DNA of 64,000 nucleotides from assembly GCA_965195345.1 (NCBI GenBank), contig OZ239628.1, positions 1,440,001 through 1,504,000 on the forward strand. Direction: 5' to 3'. Positions 25,824 to 37,248 of this stretch are shown here, one piece after another. The stretch's first letter is position 1. Each line of letters opens with the position of its first letter. The notes below the pieces were generated by a model. It ran no database searches, had not been told where the DNA came from, and saw nothing but the letters and a program-made list of their open reading frames with translations. The position numbers and the translations under genes were made by a program. The DNA is from an uncultured Thiomicrospira sp. Lineage in GTDB: Bacteria > Pseudomonadota > Gammaproteobacteria > CAKMZV01.

Positions 25824-26563
25824 AAAACACCCATCAATATCCCAAAAACGGAACACTATTAAAAGATAAAGTGATCCTTATTACAGGTGCTGCATCAGGC
25901 ATAGGCAAAGCCGTTGCTTTAAGTTGCGCGCGCCATCAAGCTACGCTTATTCTATTAGGTCGCAATCCTCGAAAATTAGAAAGCGTACACAAGGAGATAA
26001 AGGATGAATGTCAAAACGAAGTATTTCTCTATCCCCTAAATCTTGAAACAGCTGACGACACGCACTATGCTGATCTTGCAAAAACAATAGAAGAGCACTT
26101 TGGCAAACTTAATGGTTTACTGCACAACGCAGCAACACTAGGCAATATCAGCCCAATGCGCCATTACCAACTACAACAATGGTACAAAGTTATGCAAACC
26201 AACGTTAACGCGCCTATGATGCTCACTCAAGCATGCCTGCCATTGATGGAAAAAAGTGAAAATTCCAGCATTATTTGGACCACATCGGGCGTTGCTATAG
26301 AACCTGTTCCTCTTTGGGGAGCGTATGGAGTTAGCAAGTACGCCAATGAATATATGATGTCACTGCTTGCTCAAGAATACGATGATACTGACTTACGCTG
26401 CAACGCCATAGATCCAGGAGTGGTAGCGACTGGCATGCGTTCAAAAGCATTTCCAGGTGAAAATCCTAATGAGCTCACCAAAGCACAAAGCATAACAGAC
26501 ACTTGGCTCTATCTTTTCAGCGATGATAGCATCGGAGTTCGAAATAAAATAATCACACCCTAA
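25811..26563 (+). CDS. yciK: YciK-family short-chain oxidoreductase
   Basis: TGAASGIG, LLHNA, WGAYGVSK, TGMRSKAFPGE. Confidence 0.85.
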   Translation: MERIKNTHQYPKNGTLLKDKVILITGAASGIGKAVALSCARHQATLILLGRNPRKLESVHKEIKDECQNEVFLYPLNLETADDTHYADLAKTIEEHFGKLNGLLHNAATLGNISPMRHYQLQQWYKVMQTNVNAPMMLTQACLPLMEKSENSSIIWTTSGVAIEPVPLWGAYGVSKYANEYMMSLLAQEYDDTDLRCNAIDPGVVATGMRSKAFPGENPNELTKAQSITDTWLYLFSDDSIGVRNKIITP

Positions 26564-26573
26564 AGCGTGTGAT

Positions 26574-28010
26574 TCATTCGGTCGAGAAATAGCCGCTAAT
26601 TGCTTTTATCTCCTGAAAATCAACGATGCCATGCACGCCGTATTCGCGCCCATTACCTGATTGTTTATAACCGCCATAGGGTGCTTCGTATTCGTGGGCG
26701 GCATCATTAATATGCAATGTTCCCGCATTTAATTGACGCGCCACTCGTCTGCCTCTATCTATATCGCGAGTAGACACATAAGCACCGAGCCCATAAGAAG
26801 TATCATTTGCAATGGCAATTGCCTCTTCCTCACTATCGAAAGGAATGAGCACAAGAACGGGACCAAAAATTTCCTCTCTGGCTATGCGCATATCATTATT
26901 TACATCTGAAAAAAGAGTTGGTTTGACATAATAACCCACCTCCATACCATCAGGTTTCCCCATTCCGCCGGCCAATAATGTCGCGCCCTCATCTATGCCA
27001 ATTTGAATATATTCTTGAATAATACCCCATTGCCTTTGTGAAACAACCGGACCCAAATGCTCCCCTGATTTAGACGGTTCATCTACTTTGATAGACTGCG
27101 TTACACGTTGAGCAATAGCTACCCCTTGCTGATACACTGAACGTTCTATCAGCATTCTTGTTGGCGCATCGCAAGATTGCCCAGAATTGCTCATACAATT
27201 TAACACCCCATTGGTTATAGTAACTTCTAGATTGGCATCTGAAAAAATGATATTGGGCGACTTCCCTCCTAATTCCTGAGCAACGCGCTTGACCGTATCA
27301 GCTGCTGATTTAGCGATCTCCACTCCAGCACGGGTTGAACCCGTAAAAGATACCATATCAACCAATGGATGACTGGTCAAGTAATGCCCTATTTCTCGAC
27401 CTTCCCCAAGAATTAAATTAAATACGCCAGGAGGAAATCCCGCCTCCGCCATACAACGGGCAAATAGATTGGCAGACAAAGGTGTTAAACTACTTGGCTT
27501 TAACACCACTGTGCAACCCGCTAACAATGCAGGTGCAACCTTGCTTATTACTTGATTAATAGGCCAATTCCAAGGAGTAATCAATGCACAAACTCCAATC
27601 GGCTCGCGTACAATCAACGTATGTTGACCCACACGCTCTTCTTCTTGCGTCTTATCAATAGCTTCAAGGAAAACTTCCGTATGCCCTACTCCTGATTCCG
27701 CTTGATAAGCGCGCGAAAAATCAATAGGTACACCTAATTCCACCGTCATTGCTTGAGCAATTTCTTCATAACGTGATTTATACGCTTGGAGGAAAGAACG
27801 CATTAAAGACTTTCGCTGTTCAACAGGCGTTAAACGCCAAGAGTTAAAGGCATGATGCGCCGCACACAGAGCTGCGTCTATATCCTCTTCTCCAGCAAGG
27901 CAAGCATTTGCGACTATTTCTTCTGTCGCAGGATTAATTACACCCATTGTTTTGCGTGCACAAACTGAATCAACCCAACGTCCATCTATATAAAAATTTA
28001 ATGTGTCCAT
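26574..28010 (-). CDS. Aldehyde dehydrogenase
   Basis: ITPWNWP, FTGST, ELGGKS, catalytic Cys in GQSC, EEIFGPV. Confidence 0.95.
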   Translation of the reverse strand: MDTLNFYIDGRWVDSVCARKTMGVINPATEEIVANACLAGEEDIDAALCAAHHAFNSWRLTPVEQRKSLMRSFLQAYKSRYEEIAQAMTVELGVPIDFSRAYQAESGVGHTEVFLEAIDKTQEEERVGQHTLIVREPIGVCALITPWNWPINQVISKVAPALLAGCTVVLKPSSLTPLSANLFARCMAEAGFPPGVFNLILGEGREIGHYLTSHPLVDMVSFTGSTRAGVEIAKSAADTVKRVAQELGGKSPNIIFSDANLEVTITNGVLNCMSNSGQSCDAPTRMLIERSVYQQGVAIAQRVTQSIKVDEPSKSGEHLGPVVSQRQWGIIQEYIQIGIDEGATLLAGGMGKPDGMEVGYYVKPTLFSDVNNDMRIAREEIFGPVLVLIPFDSEEEAIAIANDTSYGLGAYVSTRDIDRGRRVARQLNAGTLHINDAAHEYEAPYGGYKQSGNGREYGVHGIVDFQEIKAISGYFSTE

Positions 28011-28179
28011 AAACTCTCTTATTAGAAAATACCGATCAAAAGATTACAATGACAATCTAAAACATAACTATTACGCATTATAATCGTCACAACATAAATT
28101 ACGACACTGACTACTTTAAAAAAATGTCGTGAAAGATTAACATCATTCTTACCCAAAGCCCGCTGTAAATAATAAATAT

Positions 28180-28806
28180 ATGCTTTCTATGGATTACACC
28201 CATACCTTTATTCCAACAAACTCAAGCGAGAATTTAACAAAGGCACAATCTGACCCCTTGCTTTTGAATGCCGACATGCTCAATAGCGAGCGCATAAAAA
28301 CGGCGTTTGGATCTTATAATATAGAAATCATTGATCAAGATGAGAACACTCGCATTTCAAATTTATTCAGCACCCAACCCGATACAACTAGAACACTATC
28401 TGTTGTTCATTTTCTAAACAAAGGCAATAGTATCTGGCATACAGAACATCAAAAAATACTTGATGGTCAATCCATCGGTCAAGTTTTTAAAAAAAATCAC
28501 TGGGAAATCGACAAACAGTCAAAATTTTTTGGACAACTTAAAGATACGCCGATGCTCTCATTCGTGTATGAAAAGATGCAAATTATTCCCAACAATCTAT
28601 GCATTCACATTTACGACTTATGGGTTCAAAAAGAGTCTAATAAAAGTCAATACGCACTTATTGCTGAACTGCATCATCCTCAATATTTACAATTAGGAGA
28701 CTTGAGAAATTTATATCTTGATTTTTTTGATAAACATTTATCCATGTGCAACGGCACAACAAAAATTTGGGAAAACATTTCTTGCCAGCTACATAAATTA
28801 CCCTAA
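28180..28806 (+). CDS. Hypothetical protein
   Basis: 208-aa ORF with ordinary composition and no recognised motif. Confidence 0.7.
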   Translation: MLSMDYTHTFIPTNSSENLTKAQSDPLLLNADMLNSERIKTAFGSYNIEIIDQDENTRISNLFSTQPDTTRTLSVVHFLNKGNSIWHTEHQKILDGQSIGQVFKKNHWEIDKQSKFFGQLKDTPMLSFVYEKMQIIPNNLCIHIYDLWVQKESNKSQYALIAELHHPQYLQLGDLRNLYLDFFDKHLSMCNGTTKIWENISCQLHKLP

Positions 28807-28848
28807 TCCATGCAACGCTTCAATTTTCTGATTGACACACAATAATCA

Positions 28849-29382
28849 ATGCGGGAGAAAAGCAAAAAAAACGTACCTCATAGCATGAAATACGCATCCT
28901 TCCCCCTCTTTCTCCTCTTCATCTTAGTAGGTACTCTCTACTATGCTGACAATGCTGCAGCCGATGAAATACGCGATCCATACAAACATTTTTTCACTGA
29001 GTCCTTTGGAGACTTCCCTGAAGAATTGAGTATTGCCAAGAATGATGGTAAAAAAGGCATTGTTTTATTTTTTGAAATGGATCATTGCCCGTATTGCAAG
29101 GCAATGAAAGAAAACATATTAAACCGTCGGCGTGTCCAAGACTTTTACAATGAACATTTCAACATAATTAGCGTTGACACCCGAGGTAGCGTTGAAATTA
29201 TTGATTTTGATAACAATGAAATCAGTCAAAAGTCTTTTTCTCAAAAAATGGGAGCGCGCTTTACTCCAACAATCGCCTTTATTGATTTAAACGGCAAAAT
29301 TGTTCAAAAAAAGATCGGGGCGGTTAACTCAATAGAGCGATTTATTCAGCTTGGACAGCACGTACTAGACAATCGATTATAA
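28849..29382 (+). CDS. Periplasmic thioredoxin-fold protein (SoxW-like)
   Basis: Signal peptide, RDPYKHFF, CPYC, FTPT. Confidence 0.8.
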   Translation: MREKSKKNVPHSMKYASFPLFLLFILVGTLYYADNAAADEIRDPYKHFFTESFGDFPEELSIAKNDGKKGIVLFFEMDHCPYCKAMKENILNRRRVQDFYNEHFNIISVDTRGSVEIIDFDNNEISQKSFSQKMGARFTPTIAFIDLNGKIVQKKIGAVNSIERFIQLGQHVLDNRL

Positions 29383-29508
29383 ATCTTCTATCCCTTTAAA
29401 TTAAAGACTTGACACAGTATGCTATAATTTTTTTGTTCCTTAATTTCAGGAAATCAAGAAAGTTCCCTAATACTTGAGAAAGAAAGTCAAACCCATAGGA
29501 TTATTAAA

Positions 29509-30132
29509 ATGAGCATGCCTACTAATGCGTTGCTAACGCTTTATTCAAACCCAACTTGTGCGAATAGTCATCGAGTACGCTTTCTTGCACATGAGAAAGA
29601 AAATCTAGTTGATGTTATCAATGTTTTTCCTCACGACCTACCTCAAGAATTGATTGATGCTAACCCTTATGGTTCATTGCCCACTTTAGTTGACAGGGAT
29701 GTGATACTACGTGATGCAGAAGTTATGCTTGAGTATTTGGATGAGCGTTTTCCAAGTCCAACCTTAATGCCTGTTGATCCGATTTCCAGAGCAAAAGTAC
29801 GCATGATGCTTGTTACGATTCGTGAACTTTGGCTTCCTCCATTTTATGTACTCAATGATTTATCGTCGAGCGAAGAAGACAAGGAGAAAGCAAGAAAAGC
29901 ATTGCTTAATAACCTGCAAGAACTCAAACCAATATTTGAATATCATAAATACTGCATGAGTGATAGTTTCACTGTCGTTGATGTTTCTATAGCGCCAATT
30001 TTATGGCGTCTTAATCATTTAGGAATCTCGGATGAAAACATGGGACCACACTACAGCAAATATCTTAATCTCGTTTTTACTCGAAAAGCATTTACTAACA
30101 GTCTATCGCTTTTTGAAGAAAACATGAGATAG
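29509..30132 (+). CDS. sspA: Stringent starvation protein A (GST family)
   Basis: SHRVR, NPYGSLPTLVDRD, EYLDERFP.P.LMPVDP..RA. Confidence 0.92.
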   Translation: MSMPTNALLTLYSNPTCANSHRVRFLAHEKENLVDVINVFPHDLPQELIDANPYGSLPTLVDRDVILRDAEVMLEYLDERFPSPTLMPVDPISRAKVRMMLVTIRELWLPPFYVLNDLSSSEEDKEKARKALLNNLQELKPIFEYHKYCMSDSFTVVDVSIAPILWRLNHLGISDENMGPHYSKYLNLVFTRKAFTNSLSLFEENMR

Positions 30133-30255
30133 AACTTGAATTTATCAATAAATTATTAACATAATCATTGACTTACGAAAATTGTTTTCATAGAATTAAC
30201 CTTTATTTAAAATAACGGACCTTCTCCAATTATCTTGATAACATAATTGAGGAGT

Positions 30256-30780
30256 ATGAAAATGAGTACAAGGATTGATTTAAATACTCAAAAACCTTTT
30301 TTAATACGTGCAATGTACGATTGGATGATTACCTACGGGTTAAGTCCGCAGTTACAAATATCACCATTGATTAAAGGATGCATATTACCAGCACACCTTA
30401 CTAATCGAGATGAGGTGTTATTGTCAATTTCTCCAAAAGCAGTTACTAATTTACGTATTGAGGGCGAAGGAGTAAATTTTCACGCGATCTTTAATACACA
30501 ACCCTTCAGAGTATCTATTCCGATGAATGCTGTTGGTTCAATTACTTCAATTGAGGAAAATGTTGGCTATCTATTCGACATCAGCCACTTTTTGCCAAAG
30601 CCATTACCTCCTGAAAATACAATAGCACAAACGTCTTTTGACCCCACAGAACTGCCTTCTCAAAGCAGAAAGAAAAAAGACAGTCCGTCAACCTTTCAAG
30701 AGTTTAAAGAAGACGATAAAGTTATTTCAAGCAAACCAGAAATAAAAAAACGTCTCTGGCCTTTCAGCCTTTCTACTTAA
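30256..30780 (+). CDS. sspB: ClpXP adaptor SspB
   Basis: KPFLIRAMYDWM, SPKAVTNL, F.A.F....IPMNAV. Downstream of sspA. Confidence 0.85.
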   Translation: MKMSTRIDLNTQKPFLIRAMYDWMITYGLSPQLQISPLIKGCILPAHLTNRDEVLLSISPKAVTNLRIEGEGVNFHAIFNTQPFRVSIPMNAVGSITSIEENVGYLFDISHFLPKPLPPENTIAQTSFDPTELPSQSRKKKDSPSTFQEFKEDDKVISSKPEIKKRLWPFSLST

Positions 30781-30793
30781 GGTTTTCAATAGA

Positions 30794-31933
30794 ATGCCAA
30801 GTACCCTCATCGTCGGCTGTGGCGATTTGGGCAATCAGATAGCCTGCCTACTACACACACAAAAACACCAAATATTTGGTATCCGTCGTAATATCAACAA
30901 CCTTGCAGCATTTATAACTCCGATCGCTGCAAACATAGCCAACACAAAGGAAATCCCCCAACTCCCAAAAACTGACCACTTAATCTTTTGTCCAGCACCA
31001 ACCAAAAGACAAGACTATAAGCAAATATATTTACATGGATTGCAAAACGTTTTAAAAGCATTAAAAGGCGCTCCTAAAAAAATTTGGATTGTATCTTCCA
31101 CTTCCGTTTTTGCCGAACAAAATGGTTCGCTTATCGATGAACATTCCAAAAAATCCAACAGTGAAAACGCTCGTGTTTTATTAGCTATGGAACAGGTAGC
31201 CCATCAATTTTCAGATACCACTGTCATACGATTAAGCGGTCTGTATGGTTTTTTTCGCTGGAGTATACTTAGAAAAATAAGCGAAAATACACTATTGATT
31301 GGAAATAATCATTGGGCAAACCGCATCCACCTTCACGATGCCGCCCGCGCTGTTGTTCATCTTATGCAGCTAAAAAAAACCGAGCCGCTCTACCTCATAT
31401 CTGACAACACCCCTTTTCAAATGAAGGAGTTGTATCAAAACGTTTGTCCAATATTACAAACACCCTTGCTCACCAATGAGAAAGACAATGTAAGCGGCAA
31501 ACGCATCAACGCACAAAAACTGATAGATAGTGGTTTTACACCAATCTACCCCAGTGCTATTGAAACGTACAAAATGCTCGCTGAGTATTATCTACAATTT
31601 AGCAAAATGACCGACTTCCAGCAACAAGTCCTTACCACTACCTTTGACATTCCTTTTGGCAAGGTTACCAGTTATTTGGGCATTGCCAAGCGCACTCAAT
31701 CACCCAAAGCATCTCGAGCCGTCGGGCAAATAATGGCAAACAATCCCCTTGCTAGTCAACTGCCCTGCCATCGAGTTGTCGCACATAATCGCCAGCTTCA
31801 CGGCTACTCAAGCTCAACAAATAACAAAAATCTAAAAACAAAACTATTGAACTTATTGGCTGAAGACATTCAACTCACTCCCCATCCAACAGACCTTTAT
31901 AAATACAAAATTGCTCCTAATTATTTTTGGTGA
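30794..31933 (+). CDS. Fusion of an NAD(P)-binding atypical SDR (YeeZ-like) and an O6-alkylguanine-DNA alkyltransferase domain
   Basis: N-terminal IVGCGDLG, SSTSVF, RLSGLYG, NRIH..DAA. C-terminal FQQQV...IPFGKVTSY..IA...ASRAVG..MANNP....PCHRVV. Confidence 0.85.
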   Translation: MPSTLIVGCGDLGNQIACLLHTQKHQIFGIRRNINNLAAFITPIAANIANTKEIPQLPKTDHLIFCPAPTKRQDYKQIYLHGLQNVLKALKGAPKKIWIVSSTSVFAEQNGSLIDEHSKKSNSENARVLLAMEQVAHQFSDTTVIRLSGLYGFFRWSILRKISENTLLIGNNHWANRIHLHDAARAVVHLMQLKKTEPLYLISDNTPFQMKELYQNVCPILQTPLLTNEKDNVSGKRINAQKLIDSGFTPIYPSAIETYKMLAEYYLQFSKMTDFQQQVLTTTFDIPFGKVTSYLGIAKRTQSPKASRAVGQIMANNPLASQLPCHRVVAHNRQLHGYSSSTNNKNLKTKLLNLLAEDIQLTPHPTDLYKYKIAPNYFW

Positions 31934-32234
31934 AAATTTATTTCTTTTCTTTTTTAATGCAAACTTTGATAGAATATATTGTATTTTACAAAATAAAACG
32001 ACACAATTCGGTGAGACTGTTGCATAAATTAGCGTAAATTAATACGCATTTAAGTCAAATATATTACATGCAGATCATCCATACCTGCATGACCTAATAA
32101 AATTTGTACAGCAGTCTTTGTTCAAGTAGAACCCCCTTACTTTTCCTGAATTGTCAACGCGTATCCTATAGATTCTTTATCATCGAGAAACTATAGATGC
32201 ATACTATTTAATTTCATTTATAGAGGAAAAACCA

Positions 32235-33548
32235 ATGAAAAACATTGACAAAGAAAAAGCAATTGCCGCATTAAAAAAAGATTGGCAAACCAACCCCCGT
32301 TGGCATGGCGTAGAACGCACCTACACCGCAGAAGATGTACTTCGTTACCGTGGCAGCATCCATATTGAGCATTCACTAGCAAGACGCGGTGCTGAAAAAC
32401 TATGGGACGGCATTAACGGTCATTGCCGTAAAGGATACGTTAATGCATTGGGAACGCTCACAGGCGGACAAGGTATTCAACAAGCAAAAGCAGGCATGGA
32501 GTCCATTTATCTATCTGGATGGCAAGTTGCAGCCGACAACAACTCATCAGAGACCATGTACCCTGATCAATCCTTGTACCCTGTCGACTCAGTGCCAACC
32601 GTTGTACGTCGCATTAATAACTCATTCCTGCGTGCTGATCAAATTCAATCACAAAAAGGCATACAACCGAATGATCAAGAATTCATTGACTATTTTCTAC
32701 CCATCGTTGCGGATGCTGAAGCTGGTTTTGGCGGAGTGCTCAACGCTTACGAGCTAATGAAAAACATGATTTCTGCTGGAGCAGCAGGTGTGCATTTTGA
32801 AGATCAACTGGCTTCTGTTAAAAAATGTGGGCACATGGGCGGGAAAGTACTTGTTCCAACGCAAGAAGCTGTGCAAAAACTTGTTGCAGCACGCCTTGCA
32901 GCAGATGTCATGGACACGCCAACCATCTTACTCGCACGCACCGATGCAAACGCTGCAGACTTACTTACTTCAGATATTGACCCCAACGACCTCCCATTCA
33001 TAGTTGGCAGTCGTACTGCAGAAGGTTTCTATCAAACGAAAGCAGGTATTGACCAAGCCATTTCGCGTGGACTTGCTTATGCGCCGTACGCAGACCTTAT
33101 TTGGTGTGAAACAGCCAAGCCAGACCTTGACGAAGCGCGAGTATTTGCCGAAGCAATTCATGCGCAATATCCCGATCAATTGCTGGCTTACAACTGCTCC
33201 CCATCTTTTAACTGGAAGAAAAACTTAGACGACAGTACCATTGCAAAATTCCAAGAGGCACTTTCTGAAATGGGTTATAAGTTCCAATTTATCACCCTTG
33301 CAGGCATACATAACATGTGGTACAACATGTTTGATTTGGCTTACAACTATGCGCGCGGCGAAGGCATGAAGCATTACGTTAACATGGTGCAAGAAAAAGA
33401 ATTTAAAGCAGCTGATAGAGGTTATACATTCGTAGCACACCAACAAGAAGTGGGCACTGGCTACTTTGACGATGTAACCACTACCATCCAAGGTGGTAAA
33501 TCATCGGTAACTGCTTTAACCGGTTCAACAGAAGAAGAGCAATTCTAA
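32235..33548 (+). CDS. aceA: Isocitrate lyase
   Basis: [44 protein letters not shown]. Confidence 0.98.
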   Translation: MKNIDKEKAIAALKKDWQTNPRWHGVERTYTAEDVLRYRGSIHIEHSLARRGAEKLWDGINGHCRKGYVNALGTLTGGQGIQQAKAGMESIYLSGWQVAADNNSSETMYPDQSLYPVDSVPTVVRRINNSFLRADQIQSQKGIQPNDQEFIDYFLPIVADAEAGFGGVLNAYELMKNMISAGAAGVHFEDQLASVKKCGHMGGKVLVPTQEAVQKLVAARLAADVMDTPTILLARTDANAADLLTSDIDPNDLPFIVGSRTAEGFYQTKAGIDQAISRGLAYAPYADLIWCETAKPDLDEARVFAEAIHAQYPDQLLAYNCSPSFNWKKNLDDSTIAKFQEALSEMGYKFQFITLAGIHNMWYNMFDLAYNYARGEGMKHYVNMVQEKEFKAADRGYTFVAHQQEVGTGYFDDVTTTIQGGKSSVTALTGSTEEEQF

Positions 33549-33558
33549 AGTTACACAT

Positions 33559-33589
33559 ATGCAGTGCCGATTAACATCGGCACTGCATT
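33559..33589 (+). terminator. Strong hairpin between aceA and aceK
   Basis: ATGCAGTGCCGAT-TAAC-ATCGGCACTGCAT perfect 13-bp stem with a weak U-tract. Confidence 0.65.
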
Positions 33590-33597
33590 AATCGCAC

Positions 33598-35379
33598 ATG
33601 AATGACCACTCGAATAACTATTATTCCACTGCACTCAGCAACTATAAATCGGAAGAAGCAACCAAAATAGCTGAATCCATTCTTCATGGATTCGATCGTC
33701 ATTTCAAAATTTTTGACCAAACATGTGACGAAATCATACGTCAATTTAAAGTACAAAACTGGTCGGAAGTCCAAAAAACCACCCAACAACGCATGGGGTT
33801 TTTCCCAAAGCGCGCACTTGAGACCACCCAACATCTCAAGACACATTTCAACGTCGAAGACCTTAATGAAAAACTTTGGTTAGAAGTCAAATTCCGTTTC
33901 ATAAGCCTCATTCACAACCACCAGCAACCTGAACTTGCTGAGACTTTTTTTAATACGGTATTTTGTCGCTTATTTCACAGCAGCTATTACAACAACGATC
34001 ATATTTTTGTCCGTCCAGTAATGTCCACTAAATTTCTTGATATTATTAACGATGAACCCACCTATCAAACCTTCACTATCAACGGAGACCTATCAAAGAG
34101 CCTACAAGAAATAATAAATTCAGTGAACTTAGCACTGCCTTTTGAAAATATCACCCGCGACGTGCAAAACATTGTAGAGCGCCTTAATGAAATTGATAAC
34201 TTCTCTTTCGATGAAATTTCCCCCACACAAGTACAAATACTCAAACAGCCCATGTATCGCAACAAATGCTGTTTTCTGGTGGGCAACATAATTTATAAGA
34301 GTAAAACACAGCCCTTTGTAATGTCGATGTCCGTAAGCAAAGACTATCAGCTTTACATCGAAGCAATGCTCACAGATCCAAAACATATTGCTAACATCTT
34401 TAGTACTTCTCGATCGTATTTTGTTCTTAAAACTCGTGTCCCTTCAGCATCTGTCCGTTTCCTACGCACCATCGTTCCGAGTAGAACCGTTCACGATTTA
34501 TACAGTGGTATAGGTTTTCACAAACAAGCGAAAACTGAGTTTTATCGCGACTTTTTACACCACATCAAACATTCCTCTGACCACTTTATACCTGCTAAAG
34601 GTACGCCAGGTATGGTTATGTTCGTCTTTACCTTACCATCCTTTCCTTACGTTTTCAAAATCATTCGCGATATTATTCCAGCGATTAAAACAACAACGCG
34701 TCAAAAAATAAAAGCGTGCTATCAACTCGTCAAAAATCACGACCGAGTTGGACGCATGATGGATACGCTTGAATTTTCACAAGTGAGTTTTCCACTAAGT
34801 CGTTTTGATACATCCGTTCTAACCGAGCTACAAGACACTTGCAATAGCAACGTTGTAATAGATGAGGAAAAGGACACCCTTACAATCGCACACTGTTACA
34901 TAGAGCGACGTGTTACGCCACTAAATCTCTACCTAAAAGACTTAGAAGATCCTGAACGACAACACATCATTGACGAATACGGAACCGCCATTCGCCAACT
35001 AGCCGTAACCAACATATTTCCAGGCGACCTATTCTTCAAAAACTTTGGCGTTACTCGTAACGAAAAAATCCTTTTCTATGATTACGACGAAATTCAATAT
35101 TTAACCGATTGTAACTTTCGAGAAATTCCTGAACCCATGTATCCAGAACAAGAATTGCAATCGGAGCCTTGGTACAACGTTGCCGCTAACGACATATTTC
35201 CCGAAGAGTTCCATCGGTTTCTATTCGCTAATAAAACAGACGTTGAACGATTTCGAAAAAATCACGCTGAACTGCTAACCGCCAAGTATTGGCAGGATCA
35301 ACAACAAAAAATAACAAACGGTGTGATCGAAGACATACTTCACTACGACAGAAGCCAACGCTTTACTATCAAACGCTAA
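33598..35379 (+). CDS. aceK: Isocitrate dehydrogenase kinase/phosphatase
   Basis: AETFFNTV, GFHKQAKT, GTPGMVMFVF, HDRVGRM, NIFPGD, FYDYDEI. Confidence 0.96.
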   Translation: MNDHSNNYYSTALSNYKSEEATKIAESILHGFDRHFKIFDQTCDEIIRQFKVQNWSEVQKTTQQRMGFFPKRALETTQHLKTHFNVEDLNEKLWLEVKFRFISLIHNHQQPELAETFFNTVFCRLFHSSYYNNDHIFVRPVMSTKFLDIINDEPTYQTFTINGDLSKSLQEIINSVNLALPFENITRDVQNIVERLNEIDNFSFDEISPTQVQILKQPMYRNKCCFLVGNIIYKSKTQPFVMSMSVSKDYQLYIEAMLTDPKHIANIFSTSRSYFVLKTRVPSASVRFLRTIVPSRTVHDLYSGIGFHKQAKTEFYRDFLHHIKHSSDHFIPAKGTPGMVMFVFTLPSFPYVFKIIRDIIPAIKTTTRQKIKACYQLVKNHDRVGRMMDTLEFSQVSFPLSRFDTSVLTELQDTCNSNVVIDEEKDTLTIAHCYIERRVTPLNLYLKDLEDPERQHIIDEYGTAIRQLAVTNIFPGDLFFKNFGVTRNEKILFYDYDEIQYLTDCNFREIPEPMYPEQELQSEPWYNVAANDIFPEEFHRFLFANKTDVERFRKNHAELLTAKYWQDQQQKITNGVIEDILHYDRSQRFTIKR

Positions 35380-35479
35380 CTCTGCAATCAAATACTAAAC
35401 CCACAATTAATACCATCAATTCCCTTTTCCCGACCGAAAAATTGACTATAATATGTAGATACTAAGACTTAGAAAAGCT

Positions 35480-35844
<365 letters not shown>

Positions 35845-35890
35845 TGATACGTTTTCATACGTATTCATTACTAAGTAATGCTACCACCAT

Positions 35891-36595
35891 CTAAATTTTA
35901 TTTTCTTTGAAACGAAATATCGAAATCGGAGCTAAATCACGTTCAAAAATACTATTCACTTTTTTACCTTGAATGCCAGCATTGATTTTCTCGGCTTCTT
36001 CGATATCAAGTTGCTGTCGATTATGAATATCAAAAACAACTCCTCCCAGCACCTCTAGACCAAAAACATTCTTTCCAAATATTGAGTCAGGTTCAAAACT
36101 GCCTAAGTATATAACCTCCCCAGTTTTAACTTCAAATGGAATACTGATCTCTTCAGTTAACTTAAAAGTTCTGCTATGCCCATCTGCAGAAGCATAAATA
36201 TCATAAATTTCGTATTGTCCTGGTTTGAGGTACTTAACATCTATTTTGCCAAATAATTCTTTTCCATCAAAGATAATTGTTTTATACTCGGTAGAGTAAT
36301 CAAGATAAATAGGGTTGATACTTACCAGCGGAGCTTTATGAATTGTGGAATCCCCCTCCCTATCTAAGGAGCGAAACAGAATATTTATATAGCTAAAACG
36401 ATCAATTTTTTTTGCGTTTACTGTTTTATATTCAATCTCATTAACCACTGATATATCACGATCAATCTCAAAATAATAGCTGGCAACTATGTAGCCACCA
36501 TCTTTACCTTCATACGGTTTAAAGTTAGCACATGAAGCCAATAGCGTAACACATACCAGTAGAATCAAGCGGGTAATATTTATAGGTATTTTCAT
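35891..36595 (-). CDS. Hypothetical lipoprotein
   Basis: Lipobox LASC. LKPGQYEI and FEVKTGEVIYLG resemble small beta-sandwich lipoproteins. Confidence 0.75.
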   Translation of the reverse strand: MKIPINITRLILLVCVTLLASCANFKPYEGKDGGYIVASYYFEIDRDISVVNEIEYKTVNAKKIDRFSYINILFRSLDREGDSTIHKAPLVSINPIYLDYSTEYKTIIFDGKELFGKIDVKYLKPGQYEIYDIYASADGHSRTFKLTEEISIPFEVKTGEVIYLGSFEPDSIFGKNVFGLEVLGGVVFDIHNRQQLDIEEAEKINAGIQGKKVNSIFERDLAPISIFRFKENKI

Positions 36596-37139
36596 ATAGT
36601 CTAGTCCTTTACTAGGAAGTGTAACGCATAATGATCATTAGCAGAAAGAAATATTTTTTAGTCCATCTTCATTCCAAAATATTTTATCTGCGATACTCAC
36701 TATTACCATGAAAATCATATCGCGGATTATCAATATTTAAGCTAAATATTTTATGTGATGTTTTTTATTTCGTAATTTTGCATATTGTACTACTTATGGG
36801 CACAATTTTTAATCCAAGTATGAGAATACTCAGAATCTCAGAATGTTTTTATTAGCAATTCCATAATCACTTATCCTTTAATAGACTCATTCTAACTTCT
36901 ATCAATCCGGAAATTACAACAGTTTTTTTAGGATCAATGTCACTTATGGCGGATATGGGTTCACTAATCATTAACGACTCCCCTACAGAAATTTAAACAA
37001 CAATATTGAAAATACCTCTAAATAAAGGAATCCAACTAAACATTGGATATTTGGCGTTATTGCGACTCGTTCCATATGGAATGGAGGAGCGAAACAAGTT
37101 GAAAGAAGAGTCACTGGCGCAAGCAGTGCTCGGTATGAA

Positions 37140-37167
37140 TGGTAGTCGCGACTGGGGTCGAACCAGC
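37140..37167 (-). repeat. Duplicated 3' end of tRNA-Val (att-like direct repeat)
   Basis: TGGTAGTCGCGACTGGGGTCGAACCAGC is identical to 38172-38199 (28 bp). Degenerate similarity continues through the anticodon loop (ATGTCAA). Confidence 0.92.
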
Positions 37168-37248
37168 ACCCCTACCAATGTCAATTGGAAGAATAACCAG
37201 ATTGGCAAAGGATTTGCGCAGATGGTGTGCTAAAAATATGCTAAGGTG

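Noticed and set aside
28849-29382. SoxW-like thioredoxin as evidence of sulfur oxidation
   Set aside because: No other sox or dsr genes in the window, and the family is widespread.
37140-37230. Possible second functional tRNA-Val
   Set aside because: The 5' acceptor strand and D-arm are missing, so it cannot fold into a cloverleaf.
36993-37233. Two overlapping 71-75 aa ORFs on opposite strands
   Set aside because: They run through the tRNA-Val 3'-end remnant, have no motif or clear RBS, and are probably chance frames.
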